From the NCBI RefSeq assembly GCF_009914755.1, contig NC_060926.1: DNA of 64,000 bases; one strand, written 5' to 3'. Positions 12,275 through 25,284 of the stretch are shown here, piece by piece. Positions within the stretch are counted from its first letter, which is position 1. Each line of letters begins with the position of its first letter. A program made the translations under genes and the position numbers. The notes beneath the pieces are model-generated. The model made no database searches, had not been told where the DNA came from, and saw only the letters and a list, made by a program, of their open reading frames with translations. The stretch comes from the human T2T-CHM13v2.0 reference genome, Homo sapiens.

Positions 12275-14529
12275 TGATATGATTTGGCTCTGTCTCCACC
12301 CAAATATCATCTTGAATTGTAATCCCCATAATCCCCACATGTCCAGGGAAGTACCAGGTGGGAGGTGATTAGATCATGGTGGTGGTTTCCCTTGCTGTTC
12401 TTGTGATAATGAGTGAGTCCTCATGAGATGTGATTGTTGTACAAGGCAGTTTTCCCTGCTCTTGCTCTCTCTCTGTCACCTGCCACCATGTAAGACGTGC
12501 CTCTTCCCCTTCAGCCATGATTGTAAGTTTCCTGAGGCCTACCCAGCCACGTGGAACTGAGTCAATTAAACCTCTTTTCTTTATAAACTACCCAGTCTCA
12601 GCAATGTCTTTATAGCTGTGTGAAAATGAACTAATACAGTAAATGGGAGTCGGACAGGAGTGGGGTGGAGCGGGGCACTGCTATACAGATAACCAAAAAT
12701 GTGGAAGCGACTTTGGAACCAGGTAACAGGCAGAGGTTGGAACATTTTGGAGGACTCAGAAGAAAACAGGAAGATGTGGGAAAGTTTACAATTTCCTAGA
12801 AACTTATTGAATGGTTATGACCAAAATGCTGATAGTGAAATGGACAATGAAGTCCAGGCTGAGGTGGTCTCAGATGAAGATGTGGAACCTCTTGGAAACT
12901 GGATCAAAGGTCACTCTTGCTATGCTTCAGCAAAGTGTCTGGTGGTATTTTGCCCCAGCCCTAGAGATCTGTGAAACTTTGAACTTGAAAGGGATGATTT
13001 AGCCTGTTTGGCAGAAGAGATTTCTAAGCAGCATAGCATTCAAGAAAAGAAAAAGCATAAAAGTTTGAAAAGTTTGCAGTCTGACCATATGATAGAAAAG
13101 AAAAACTCATTTTTTTCTAGGGAGAAATTCAAGCCAGCTGCAGAAATTAACATAAGTAATGAGGAGCCAAATGTTAATTGCCAACACAATGGGGAAAATG
13201 TCTCCAGGGCATGTCAGAGAATTTTGTGGCAGCCCCTCCTATCACAGGCTCAGAGGCCTAGAAAGAAAAAAATAGTTTCCTGGGCTGGGTCCAGGGCCCC
13301 TGTGGCTCTGTGCAGCCTTGGGACTTGGTGCCCTGCATCCCAACAGCCAGGGATAAAAGGGGCCAAGGTACAGCTTGGGCTGTGGCTTCAGAGGGTGCAA
13401 GCCCCAAATCTAGGAGGCTTCCATGTGGTGTTGGGCCTGCAGGTGTGCAAAAGACAAGAATTAAGGTTTGGGAACCTCTGCCTAGATTTCAGAGGATGTA
13501 TAGAAATACTTGGATGTCCAGGCAGAAGTCTGCTGTATGGGCTAAGCCCTCATGGAGAACCTCTGCTACAGCAGTGTGGAAGGGAAATGTGGGGTCAGAG
13601 ACCTCTCACACTGTCCTTGCTGGGGCACTGCCTAGTGGAGCTGTGAGAAGAGGGCTGCTGCCCTCCAGATGCCAGAATTGTAGATGCACTAACAGCTTGC
13701 ACAGTGTGCCTGGAAAAGTTGCAGACACTCAATGCCAGCCTGTGAAAGCAGCCAGGAGGGTAGCTGTACCATGAAAAACCACAGAAGTGGAACTGCCAAG
13801 GCTGTGGGAGCTTACCCTTTGTGTCAATGTGACCTTGATGTGAGACATGGGGTCAGAGGAGATTATTTGGAGCTTTAAGATTTAATGACTGCCCCACTGG
13901 ATTTTGCACTTGCATGGGGCCTGTAGCCAATTTATCCCATTTGGAGTGGGAGCATTTATCCAATGTCTGTACCCCCATTGTATCTTGGAAGTAACTAACT
14001 TGCTTTTGATTTTACATGCTCATAGGTGGAAGGGACTTGCCTTGCCTCAGACTTTGGACTTAGACTTTTGACTTAATGTTGGAATGAGTTAAGAGTTTGG
14101 AGGACTGTTGGGAAGGCATAATTGTGTTGTGAAATGTGAGGATGTGAGATTTGGGAGGGGCTAGGGAGGAATGATATGGTTTGGTTCTGTGTCCTCACCC
14201 AAATCTCATCTCAAATTATAATCCCCATAATCTCCATGTGTGGAGGGTGGGAAGTGATTGGATCATGGGAGTGGCTTCCCCAATGCTGTTATAGTGATAG
14301 TGAGTGAGTTCTCATGAGATTTGATGGCTTTATAAGGCAGTTTTTCCTGCTGTTGCTTGCTCTCTTTCACCAGCTGCCATGTAAGATGTGCCTTGTCCCC
14401 TTTCACCATGATTGTAAGTTTCCTGAGGCCTTCCCAGCCATGCAGAACTGTGTCAATTAAACCTCTTTTATTTATAAATTACACACCTTGGGGAATATCT
14501 TTATAGCAGTGTGAAAATGGGCTCATACA
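12275..14529 (+). mobile_element. Full-length THE1D MaLR provirus: 5' LTR 12275-12638, internal 12639-14171, 3' LTR 14172-14529
   Basis: Two TG...CA LTRs; perfect 5-bp TSD CTATG (12270-12274, 14530-14534); polypurine tract gggaggggctagggagga before the 3' LTR; THE1D-type ggcagttttccctgc. Confidence 0.95.
12699..13774 (+). pseudogene. Disrupted MaLR internal ORF remnant
   Basis: Fragments such as TGRGWNILEDSEENRKMWESL and WEPLPRFQRMY lie in several frames with stops and frameshifts; typical of the THE1-int ORF. Confidence 0.75.
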
Positions 14530-15336
14530 CTATGTCTGCATAGTTCTCTATTTCCTGTAGGTCTCTTCTCAATGGCCACCTTGTCAGAGGGAATGTGACT
14601 ACCTAACCTGATCAAATATCATCCCCATCATGTTCTCTCCCTTCCTCTGTCTTACTTTAATCCTCAGCACTTTTTGCTCTCTGACATATTACATGTAAGT
14701 TGTCTGTTTGTTTATCTCATCTACCTCTGTTACTAGGACATATGCGAGACAAAGCAGGGACTCTGCTCCTGTTTACTGCTGTATCCTCAGTGCCTGGAAC
14801 TATGACTGACACATGGGAGAGATACAATACATTTTTGTGGTTGAATAAATTTCACCTGTTCTTGGATCTATTGGGAGAATGGGGTGGATAGAAGCCATTT
14901 GGCAATATCCCATGTAGTTAATTCCCTGGGGAAATTCATGAAATATTGCAGGAATAAAGGTGGTCCATGAGATGTGGCCCTAATTGTTGTGCTGGTGGTT
15001 GGAGAGGAGCTCCGGGAAGCCTGATGTTGCTTACTGCCAGGCCCTCTTAGAAGTTAGCAACCCTTTATCTACACAGTGGAGCATTGTGTCTCACCTGTTT
15101 ACAATCTGTTTCTGTGCTTGGGGATATGGCAGAATAATATGAGAATTTCTGGTATAGACCAACCTGGTCAGACCTCACAGCCTTTGAGCTCCTGGGTTCC
15201 CACTGTCATTTCCCTGATTGCTGCCTCTCAAGCTGTCAGAACACTCCCTTGCCTCTGTGTTTTTCCCTGGCCCCTCACTCACATTCACCCCCAGTAGCTA
15301 CAACTTAGCCCTTCTCTAAAAATACCTGTGGGGCCA

Positions 15337-15675
15337 TTCTATGGTCTGAATGTTTGTGTCTTCCCCAGATTCATATGTTGGATATATTGAAATACCCAAT
15401 ACGATGGTATTCTGAGATGGGTCCTACGGGAACAAATGAGGCCATGAGACTGGAGCCCTCATGATTGGGGTTTATGCCTTTGCCAAATAGGGAGCTCCCT
15501 CACCCTAAGAAGGCAGCAGTCAGCAACAGGGAAGAGAGCTCTCTCCAGAACCTGACCATGCTGGCACCCTGATCTCAAACTTCCAGTCTCCAGAACCATG
15601 AGAAATAAATTTCTACCATCTATAGGTCACCCTGTTTATGGTATTTTGTTATAGTGCCCTGAACAGACTAAGACA
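15337..15675 (+). mobile_element. MLT1A-type MaLR solo LTR
   Basis: ctatggtctgaatgtttgtgtc...cagactaagaca; perfect TSD GGCCA. Confidence 0.9.
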
Positions 15676-16482
15676 GGCCACAGAAAATAAAAGCACGAAC
15701 ACTCTATTCTTGTGTGTCCTCTGTATTAGGAGAATCTCCATGGTCAGTGCGGCATGCTCTCCTCTCTAGTTCATTCCCTGACCTTTCCAGCCTATGAAGC
15801 CTGGGAACATGTGTGGACCAAGGCCTCCTGGTGAGTGAAAAATGCAGAACAGGAGTCTGGTGAGCTGTGAGCAGCCCGACAACTTTGGGAAAGAAGCATG
15901 CACCGGGACATTTCTCCTGGCCTTCCCTCCCCAACCACCCAAGGCTGCAACTGATGTGATTTTGGAAAATACTCTTGTTTTGCAGTCCAAAACATTCACA
16001 AAAGGCATAAAATTGACTTGGTGGCTTCCCCACAACCCTCCCCCGCTGGGAGATTCCTCTTTAAAAACTTACATATGTTCTATCTTATTGTTTTACTTAA
16101 AACAAGGGAATTTGAACTTACGGTATTATAATTGACTTTAAAAACTCAACTCAGAATTATTTTTGTACACATATTAAACTAATTTACTAGCTGAAAGGTC
16201 TTGACCAAAGTGGTCCAGAAGAACATTGATTTTTTTCCCACTTCAATTTCCCTCTCATTGGAAGATTTCTGTTTTCTTGTAAGCAAAATACATTCAGAAA
16301 AAAATTGCAACACTATTTTCAAAATCATATTAATTAAGCATAGCTAGTTTTGCTGTATTAATTTCCATCTTTTTAGATGCATTGTAAAGATGTGAAATGC
16401 TAGTCTCACAAAACTGGGCATTGGATAAAACTTGAGCTGAATTAAGCATCCATAAGTTACCTCTAAGTAAACTCTGGTACTA

Positions 16483-16572
16483 TTAGGTTAGTGCAAAAGT
16501 AATTGTGGTTTTTTTTGTCATTACTTTTAAAAAAACATGGCAAAAACTGTGATTACTTTTGCACCATTCTAA
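16483..16572. mobile_element. MADE1 (Hsmar1-derived MITE)
   Basis: TIRs ttaggttagtgcaaaagtaattgtggttttt / aaaaactgtgattacttttgcaccattctaa with TA duplication on both sides. Confidence 0.95.
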
Positions 16573-17022
16573 TAGAATTGTAGAGTTAGGGAATTTTAGA
16601 ATTGAGAGAAGAATGCTATAAAGGATTTGTGAGCTCATCTAATTCAACCTTGCATTTTACTCAAACAAGACCAAATCTTTCTGGAGCAATAAATGCCATG
16701 CATCCCCCACATTTCTATCCCAATGGGCATGAGTTTGAAACTCAGATGGAGAGTAGGGTCCCAGGCCTGAGTTGGGCATGTGTGCACGGGCAGGGAGGAG
16801 GTGCGTGGGAGGTGGGGACGATTGGTCTGCACAGCCAAGAGCCCAGTGTCATCCAGGATGCAGCTTGACTGACAGCCAAGATGATGGATGGTGGCCATAT
16901 CTGCCCAGGACTCCCGGGGAGCCTCTGCCTGTGGCTCCTGCATTAACATTTGAGTGGAGATTATTTAGCACCAGGATTCCAGAGTACCTGATGGCTCAGA
17001 CCTCCACAGAAAGCCCACATTG

Positions 17023-17023
<1 letters not shown>

Positions 17024-17074
<51 letters not shown>
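17024..17074. repeat. (CA)n microsatellite
   Basis: About 25 perfect units. Confidence 0.98.
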
Positions 17075-17076
<2 letters not shown>

Positions 17077-17714
17077 CGTGGGTGCTTCTATTCTGCTCTC
17101 AGTCCCAGACATCCCCATAACCCTCTCCAGTGGGTGGTTTCTGGTCTTCCACAAGGTGTTGAGAAGGAACAGTGGTGACCTGGGCCATGGAGATTCATTA
17201 ACCCAGATGTCAATGGACACAGGGCATATTCTGGTTGCTTTGGCCAGAGGTAGGGATACTGTGGTCAGTAGACCCAGAGTGAGGAGCCAAAGGCAGTGTC
17301 AGGGTAGAAGAGGACTGCAGGGGGCCAGGCCACACAGCATCAGGTCCATTTACCCAACTAATTGTCAAGGGGTTGCCTGCCTGGTGGCCTCAAAGCCTCT
17401 GGTCCTCCCTTCCCTGTAGGATGACAGCCACAAGAGCCTGGGATTGGAGGCCCCCAGAACACACCTTGCTCTGAGGCTGAATCTGCGGGAAATGCCCGTC
17501 AGGTCCTGGCCAGTGCCCTTGAGGAAGCTGCAGTCTGCGCTGGCAATAAGAACACCGCATCTAAGTGAAAGGACTGGTGTGTAGAGCGCTTCCAGAAAGG
17601 CCGACTCTAGAGAAGGCAGGTTTTATCAGCCAGTGCCCAGAAAGCCAAAGCCACTGGCCTAAGGAGCCACAGCTGACGAGTGGTGGCCTGGGCCCCACAG
17701 ATGCTAAAGGTGAT

Positions 17715-18585
<871 letters not shown>

Positions 18586-19136
18586 TAAACAATATCAAAT
18601 ATCAAAACAGCACAAAAATATAGACTCTAAAAGAGTACTGACAGTGGGGAGGTTGACAAATATGACAATGGAATGAATGGAGGAATAAACAGGCCTATGG
18701 GCATAAGACGCTATATTGTAAGAGTGGCAGAGGTATGGTACATTTGATAAATGTTGGAACAAAGACCATTAAACTGGGAAAATATTCGGACTGCTACCTC
18801 AAGTTTATAAGGCTTGGAGAGATTAAAGGGTTAATATCCTCAAATAAAGATAATTTGGCTCATTTCTTTGCATTTTATATGCTTTTATTGCTTCTCTAAT
18901 TGAAGCAGCTAATGATTGTGTTAAGCAATGCTGATAGCATTTCACTTTACAGGTTTTTAGCCAATATTGTCTGGAATGCTTCTAAAGTTTCCCCATTAAG
19001 AGATATCTGTCATTATTTTAAGAAAATATCTATCTGTTCCAATTTATCCATACTGATAATAACTTACAAGGTTTATGAAATGTATTTTTAGTGTCTATGG
19101 AAATTTCCTATAAATGAGATTATTGGTCCCTTAGGG

Positions 19137-19479
19137 CAATTGTTCCCAACCTTTTTGGCACCAGGGGCTGGTTTTATGAAAGACAATTTTTCCATGCATG
19201 GTGGGAGGTTGGGGCAATGGTTTCAGGATGAAATTGTTCCACCTCAGATCATCAGGCATTAGATTCTCATAAGGAGTGTGTAACTGAGATCCCTCGCAGG
19301 TGCAGTTCATGATAGGGTTTGTGCTCCTACGAGAATCGAATGCTGCCACTGACCTGACAGGAAGGAGAGCTCAGGTGGGAATGCTAGCTTGCCCAGTGCT
19401 CACCTCTTGTTATGCAGCCTGGTTCCTAAACGGCCAAGGCCCAGCACTGGACCTCAGCTTGGGGGGTTGGGGACCCCTG
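19137..19479 (+). mobile_element. MER1B hAT-Charlie element
   Basis: cccaacctttttggcaccaggg...ggttggggacccctg; 8-bp TSD ccttaggg/ctttaggg. Confidence 0.93.
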
Positions 19480-19952
19480 CTTTAGGGTGTATTTATTTTT
19501 GAAGACTTTGAAATTTATTTCCAAAGATTCCTCCAGAATTTTAAATCAATCTAGATTCATGTCAAATGTTTCTAATACTTTAGGTTTAGAAATACCTAAA
19601 TACTTCAGATTTCTGCAGTTTATTAGAAATAATAAATTTTGATGTATATATTCTTCCCCTTGCCTGACTACACAACACCAAAGAACTACCAAATTCTCTG
19701 CGGATTTTTTTTCTTTAAACACAATAAGATACAAATATGTATATGTATTTCTACCCCTTTGTACCAAACAGTTAAATGTGTATTTGAAATATTTTTGTTT
19801 GTACCTATAGAATATCTTCATTATGCGTTTTTACAGATGGATAGAATTCTGTGAATAGAAGCAATACAAATTATTCGAATGCTACTATTGATGGGCATTT
19901 AGCTAGTTTTCAGTACCTTGCTGAAATGCAGCTGAACATAATTCTGTAGGTA

Positions 19953-20059
19953 CAGCGCACATGGTAAAAGGCAGCGCGCATGGTAAAAGGCAGCGCGCAT
20001 GGTAAAAGGCAGCGCGCATGGTAAAAGGCAGCGCGCATGGTAAAAGGCAGCGCGCATGG
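19953..20059. repeat. 19-bp minisatellite (cagcgcgcatggtaaaagg) x5.6
   Basis: Five full units plus a 12-bp partial unit; only unit 1 differs (1 nt). Confidence 0.98.
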
Positions 20060-21043
20060 CACCTGGCTTCTTGGGTGGCTCCTGACAGCGTAGATGATGA
20101 AATTTGAAAGTGCAACGAGCTGAGCTCCTGTGGGTGAACTTTGACCATTTGAAGCTAGGTAGACCGATTCTGCCTCTTTCTTCTCTCAGGAAGGTTCTGA
20201 AGGGTCATTTCTCCTTGAAAATCTTCTCGAGAAGTATCACATGTCGCGTGAACACAAATGCTAAACACCTGAGAGGCCAGCACCGCCTTCTCGCCTACTG
20301 CAGTGCTGAAATTGTCCCTTTGTCTCGCTGATTTTTCCTCTCATTTTCACAGCCTGGGTCTTGAAACAATGTCAGCACTTTAATCCTTGTTTCAGGCTCA
20401 TCTTTCAAGAAAACTCAGGCACAGGAAATAGTCTTACTTATTTTTTATCCACTTGATATATCATGGCTGGTGAGATAAGAGAGAGGAATTAATGTCTGTT
20501 ATCCCAGTATGCTAAATTTCGTGCTGTATCTCTTCTAATTTCTACTTTGTAAATGTTGCTGATATGATACTTTATGCATAGATTTTCAAAACCGCTCATA
20601 AATTTACTCGGCAAGCATTTTTATTGAGGAATTGCCATGTGTCAGAAATTGACCAAGGACTTAGAATGTAGTGATTAAAAAAGTGGTTCTAATCCCTAAC
20701 CCTAAGTATCTAGATTCCAATGTTTCTTCATTGTGGAGAGTATTATTTAAAAATAGAAGCTCATCAACTTTGGGTCATTTTATATTTTGTGCAATGAATT
20801 CCATCTTGCCTGGCATTAAGATCATTACCACTAGTTATATAATTCTTGCATTTACCATTATGCTATGCCCATTCATTTAATTTCAAGTTTCCTCAATCAC
20901 TTTGCTTAGATGTGTCTTTTTCCACATTATAGAGTTGGATTGTGTTTTGTGTTTTCTGATTCTTTCTCAAATTTTTTTCTTATAATAGGAGAGATATACT
21001 ATTTACATTTATTGATAAGAAAAATATACTTGAACTTGCCTCT

Positions 21044-21440
21044 TTTATTAGTCAGTTTAACCAGAAAAAAACAAACCAGTAGCTCAGATATACATGAACA
21101 TATTTTTGTAAGGAATTGACTTATACAGTTGTGGGACCTGGCAAGGCAAGTCCAAAATCTGTAGGGCAGGCCACCAGCAAAGACAGGTTGTGATTCACAG
21201 GCCAGAAGAGCTTCTGCTGCTCACAGGTAGGATCTCTTCTTCAGGAGAGCCTCGGCTCTGCTCCTGGGACCTTTCAATGGATTGAATCAGAACCACCCAG
21301 ATCAGCTAGAGTAATCTCCCTAATTAATGTCAACTGATTGTGGACTTCAATCACATCTACAAAATACTTCCTTAGCAACACCTAAATGGCTGAATGACTG
21401 GGGACTGTGGCTTAGACAAGTTGACACATGAAACTCCTCT
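21044..21440 (-). mobile_element. MLT2-family solo LTR
   Basis: aaggaattgacttatacagttgtggg...gtcaactgattgtggacttcaatcacatctacaaaatac...caagttgacacat. Confidence 0.85.
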
Positions 21441-22431
21441 GACATTTTATGTTACCTTTTCTGATTTGTTGTTTAAAATTGTGTGGTCTACTTTCATGAT
21501 CATTTTTATTTTTTGTGGTTTTTCTAATACTTAGAAAAATCTGTGTTTTTCTTTCATGTTTACCTTTAGTGCTAAACTTTAATATAACACCCCTAGTCTC
21601 TATTTACTTAGACAGTATCTACTGTTTCCTTATTGTAAACCATGTTGAAAATAATGTGTACTTTGCCCTTCTGGTCATCTTTCTCTGTTCAATCCCCTAA
21701 TTTCAGTTCATGAAGTCTTTGCTAACGTGGACTTTTGTCTTGTCAAATATGCTTATACTTCTGTTATTTGATTTTTCATCTTTAAATGATACGATCCAAT
21801 AGCCAGCTATCACAGCTAAAGTCATCAAAAAATTGACTCTGCCTCACCTTTCTTCTCCTTTTCCCTCCCAATTTTGTCATTTCTCGGTTGCCTAGGCATA
21901 TGAAATTTGTAGTTCTCTATATCTCAGCAATACTCATGGGAATTTCTGTTTCATGTCTACAGTTCATTCTATTCAATGTTCACCACTAGGGTGACAGTTT
22001 CCCCCATCACTTCTTGGCTGCAGTTCATCCTCTAGTAATTTTATTGTGCGGGTTCTTGGCAATACTGTAGTCATACTCCTGGTGTTCTTGTTTTTCATAA
22101 AGTTTGCCTATAGTTTTAATATTTGAGAGACAGATTGGCTAGATATCAAATCATTGGTCCTCACATTTCCTGGAGGAGTCATGTAGGTGCTGCCTCACTT
22201 TCCTCTGGTGTTAACGATTTTGGGGGGAAATTTGAGATTACATTTTTTTCCATTCTTATTGTGATGTTTTCCCTGGCTGCCCTAAGGATTCTTCCTTTAT
22301 CTTTAAAACCGTTAGCTTCATTCGTGCAGGTCTCAAAGTTGACCATTTCACATCAATTTCCTCTAGCACATAATGAAGACTTTCCACACATAGATTCAAG
22401 TATTCTTTCATTTCAGGAAAATAAATGTTTT

Positions 22432-22732
22432 ATTTCATTTTATTTTTTTGAGACAGAGTTTCGCCCTTGTCGCCCAGGCTGGAGTGCACTGGTGCGATCT
22501 CCGCTCACTGCAAACTCTGCCTCCGGGTTCCAGAGATTATCCTGCCTCAGCCTCCTGAGCAGCTGGGATTACAGATGCCGGCCAGCAAGCCTGGCTAATT
22601 TTCTGTATTTTTAGTAGAGACGGGGTTTCACCATGTTGGGCAGGCTGGTCTCTAACTCCTGACCTCAGGTGATCCACCTGCCTTGGCCTCACAAAGTGCT
22701 GGGATTACAGGCTTGAGCCATCATGCCTGGCC
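22432..22732 (-). mobile_element. AluS (Sq/Sp-like)
   Basis: Full dimer; TSD aataa(a/t)tgtttt. Confidence 0.95.
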
Positions 22733-24264
22733 AATAATTGTTTTTTTTAATAACATTAAATGTCTGTTGTATTCTACTGTGGCAGTGTGTTCTATTGCTT
22801 CTTTGGAGACACCAATGTGTATGTTAGCTCTATTTTCTAGCCTTTTTATGGCTATTATTTTCTTTCTTATCCTTTTTAGTCCTTTGTTTTCATTTCTATT
22901 TGTTTTAGTTTTGTACGTTTTTCACATCTCTCATTTCTAGCCGTGTCTCTTGGTAGATTTTGTGAAGTACCTATTTTCCCACACTTCATTTTTATGATCT
23001 TTCCATTTCTTTTCTTCTACTTTTGTTCTCAAGTTATACTAGTAACTTTTTAAAAAATCTCCTTTTATCAGCTTTCAATTATTTCCCTCCAGTCTTGCAT
23101 TTCTGAGCTGTGGTCTTTCTGCTCAGAGTAAACTGTTTCAAAGCCTTGTGTTTCATAGGGAAATGGGAACAACTTTCTTTTGCTATATGGCAATACTTTT
23201 TCTGGTAAGTCATCATATATCAAGTTTTTTTACATTTATTTATTGTTAGATCATTGTTGTGTCTTTTAACACTTAGCATTGAATAGGTTGGATTTTCTTA
23301 AGTCGTATTCACAGGAATTTCTGAGAGTGGTGGCTGTTGGGGGAGAAACTAAGACTAGCAGGCTGACAATCTAGGGTTCAGAGCTGGAAGGTTCAGTAGA
23401 TGCCCACTGCCACAGAAACTGTTTTTCTCTAATACCTCAGGTGAGTCATTCTCTACCCCTAAGTTATCTTTGCCCTGATTCAAAATAGATACAGAAACAA
23501 TTATTCCACCATCCTTGCTCTCCCCAGTTTCCCGACCCATTGTTGCCACACAGGCAGCAAAATATGTTCTTTTTGGGGTACCCGCTTGCCTTCAGGAGTG
23601 TCTTTTGCTGGCCTATTCTAAGGTCACCTGCTGGGTCTCTCACTACCACTGACCTTCTCCTCCTTCCTTCCTTACACCAGTGTTTCTGCATGATCTTGGA
23701 GGATTTGGGCAAGCTTTGTATGTATTTAGAGATCTGTGGATTTATATGTATCATCAAGTTCCACTAAAACTGGAGATTATATGCTTGTTTTTGTTTCATT
23801 TTGTTTTGTCTTTTAACGTTCTCCCTGCTGCTTTGGTATAATGTCCATGGGGAGAACTGAAAAACGCTGACTTGTACCTGTGTTCACCCAGGAAGTTTCT
23901 TCAGTACTTTTGACACAAAACTTTTTTCACTCATATTATCTGTTGTGTAATGTTCCAAGGATTTAAAAATTTAAATTCCTCTTGTTTAAAGAAGTACTTT
24001 TTAGACTTTTTGATTATATCTTCAGGTAAAAAGTATAAGTGCACTCTACCCTGAGATTCATACATTTCCAAATATACATACACATCTATAACAAATAGCA
24101 ACCAAATAATTCTCAGTTTTGCCAGTATACTGCACTAATATTTTCTTTTTTCACTCTGTTCTACTTTTTTTTAAATGCTTGTAATGCCTCATTAAATTCA
24201 GTTTATGATTCACTAGTGGCTTATTATCCTCTCTTTGGAAAACTTTCATCTGGAAGATGTATTT

Positions 24265-24640
24265 ATTCTGTACCTAATATTTATTGAGCATCTTCAATGG
24301 CTGACATACTGTGCACATTCAAATATAATTTCTATCCTCATGAAAATTTACAGAAAGGCAACTAAATGGTTGAGTATTAATAAGGCAATTGTGAAGAGGA
24401 TGATAATTGTACCATAACTACCTTATATTTACATAGCCTAATAGAGTTAATAATTTTGTAATTTATATCTAATTAATTTTTTAAAACACTGTACCAGTTG
24501 GGCAGGGATTATGTTGTTTCTCAAGTAACATTTTTTAAGGCTCAGGAATGTTGTGACTCACTCAAGATCACACAGTCATATGGGCGGACTATAACATATG
24601 TGCTTTGATTCTTAGTCATTGCTCTTTATATCCCATTAAA
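24265..24640 (-). mobile_element. MIR fragments
   Basis: tatttattgagcatc and tgactcactcaagatcacacag motifs. Confidence 0.45.
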
Positions 24641-24861
24641 CACAGAATCGATTCCAACAATTAACTATCAGAGAATATTAAACATAGATAAAATAAAAAT
24701 TGATTTTAAAGAGTGAAATACCAGCACTGCATAAAAATATTTTTTATTCATCTTCAAACATTAATTCTAGGAAGCATACCTTAAAATGCTTGGGTAGTTA
24801 AGATAACAACACACACACACACACCCCTCAGAGGTGCTCTCTGGAATGGAGATATGGTTAG

Positions 24862-25284
24862 CATTAAAAGAAAAACTTCAGCCAAATTAAATTTAAAGGA
24901 GTTTGAGCAATGAATGATTCATGAACTGGGCAGCCCACAGAATCACAGCAGATTCAGAGAGACTCCAGGGATACCTTGTGGTCAGAACAAATTTACAGAC
25001 AAAAAAGAAAAGTGATCTACAGAAATTGAAAGTGAGGTACAGAAACAGCTGGATTGGTTACTGGTGTTTGCCTTGTTTGAACACAGTTTGAACACCCATC
25101 AGTCTATGAGTGATTGAAATATGGCAACTGGGATTGGCCAACACTCAGCTATTGTTACAGGCGCATACTCCTAAGTTAGGTTTTCAGTCTTGTCTACCTA
25201 TTAAGCTAAGTTACGGTTCATCCACAGGGACTCAAATATAGAAGTATGGAGTCCTTTGCAGGCCATATTTAGTCCACTTTAACA
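24862..25284 (-). mobile_element. MER57A1 (ERV1) solo LTR
   Basis: Near end-to-end match to the recalled consensus (reverse complement TGTTAAAG...AAATATGGCC...GAAGTTTTTCTTTTAA); two CCAAT boxes. Confidence 0.9.

Larger units (their letters stand above)
12160..14850 (+). mobile_element. L2a 3' fragment split by the THE1D insertion (12160-12274 and 14530-14850)
   Basis: L2 sequence is continuous across the TSD and ends in the typical gtatcctcagtgcctggaac...ttgaataaat. Confidence 0.7.
20480..23300 (-). mobile_element. Old L1M ORF2/ORF1 fragments (interrupted by MLT2 and Alu)
   Basis: T-rich antisense L1 sequence, e.g. ttttccctggctgccctaaggattcttcctttatcttt (ORF1 region). Confidence 0.6.

Noticed and set aside
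13008-13774. 212-aa and 154-aa ORFs as host genes
   Set aside because: They lie within the THE1D internal region and are frameshifted MaLR remnants
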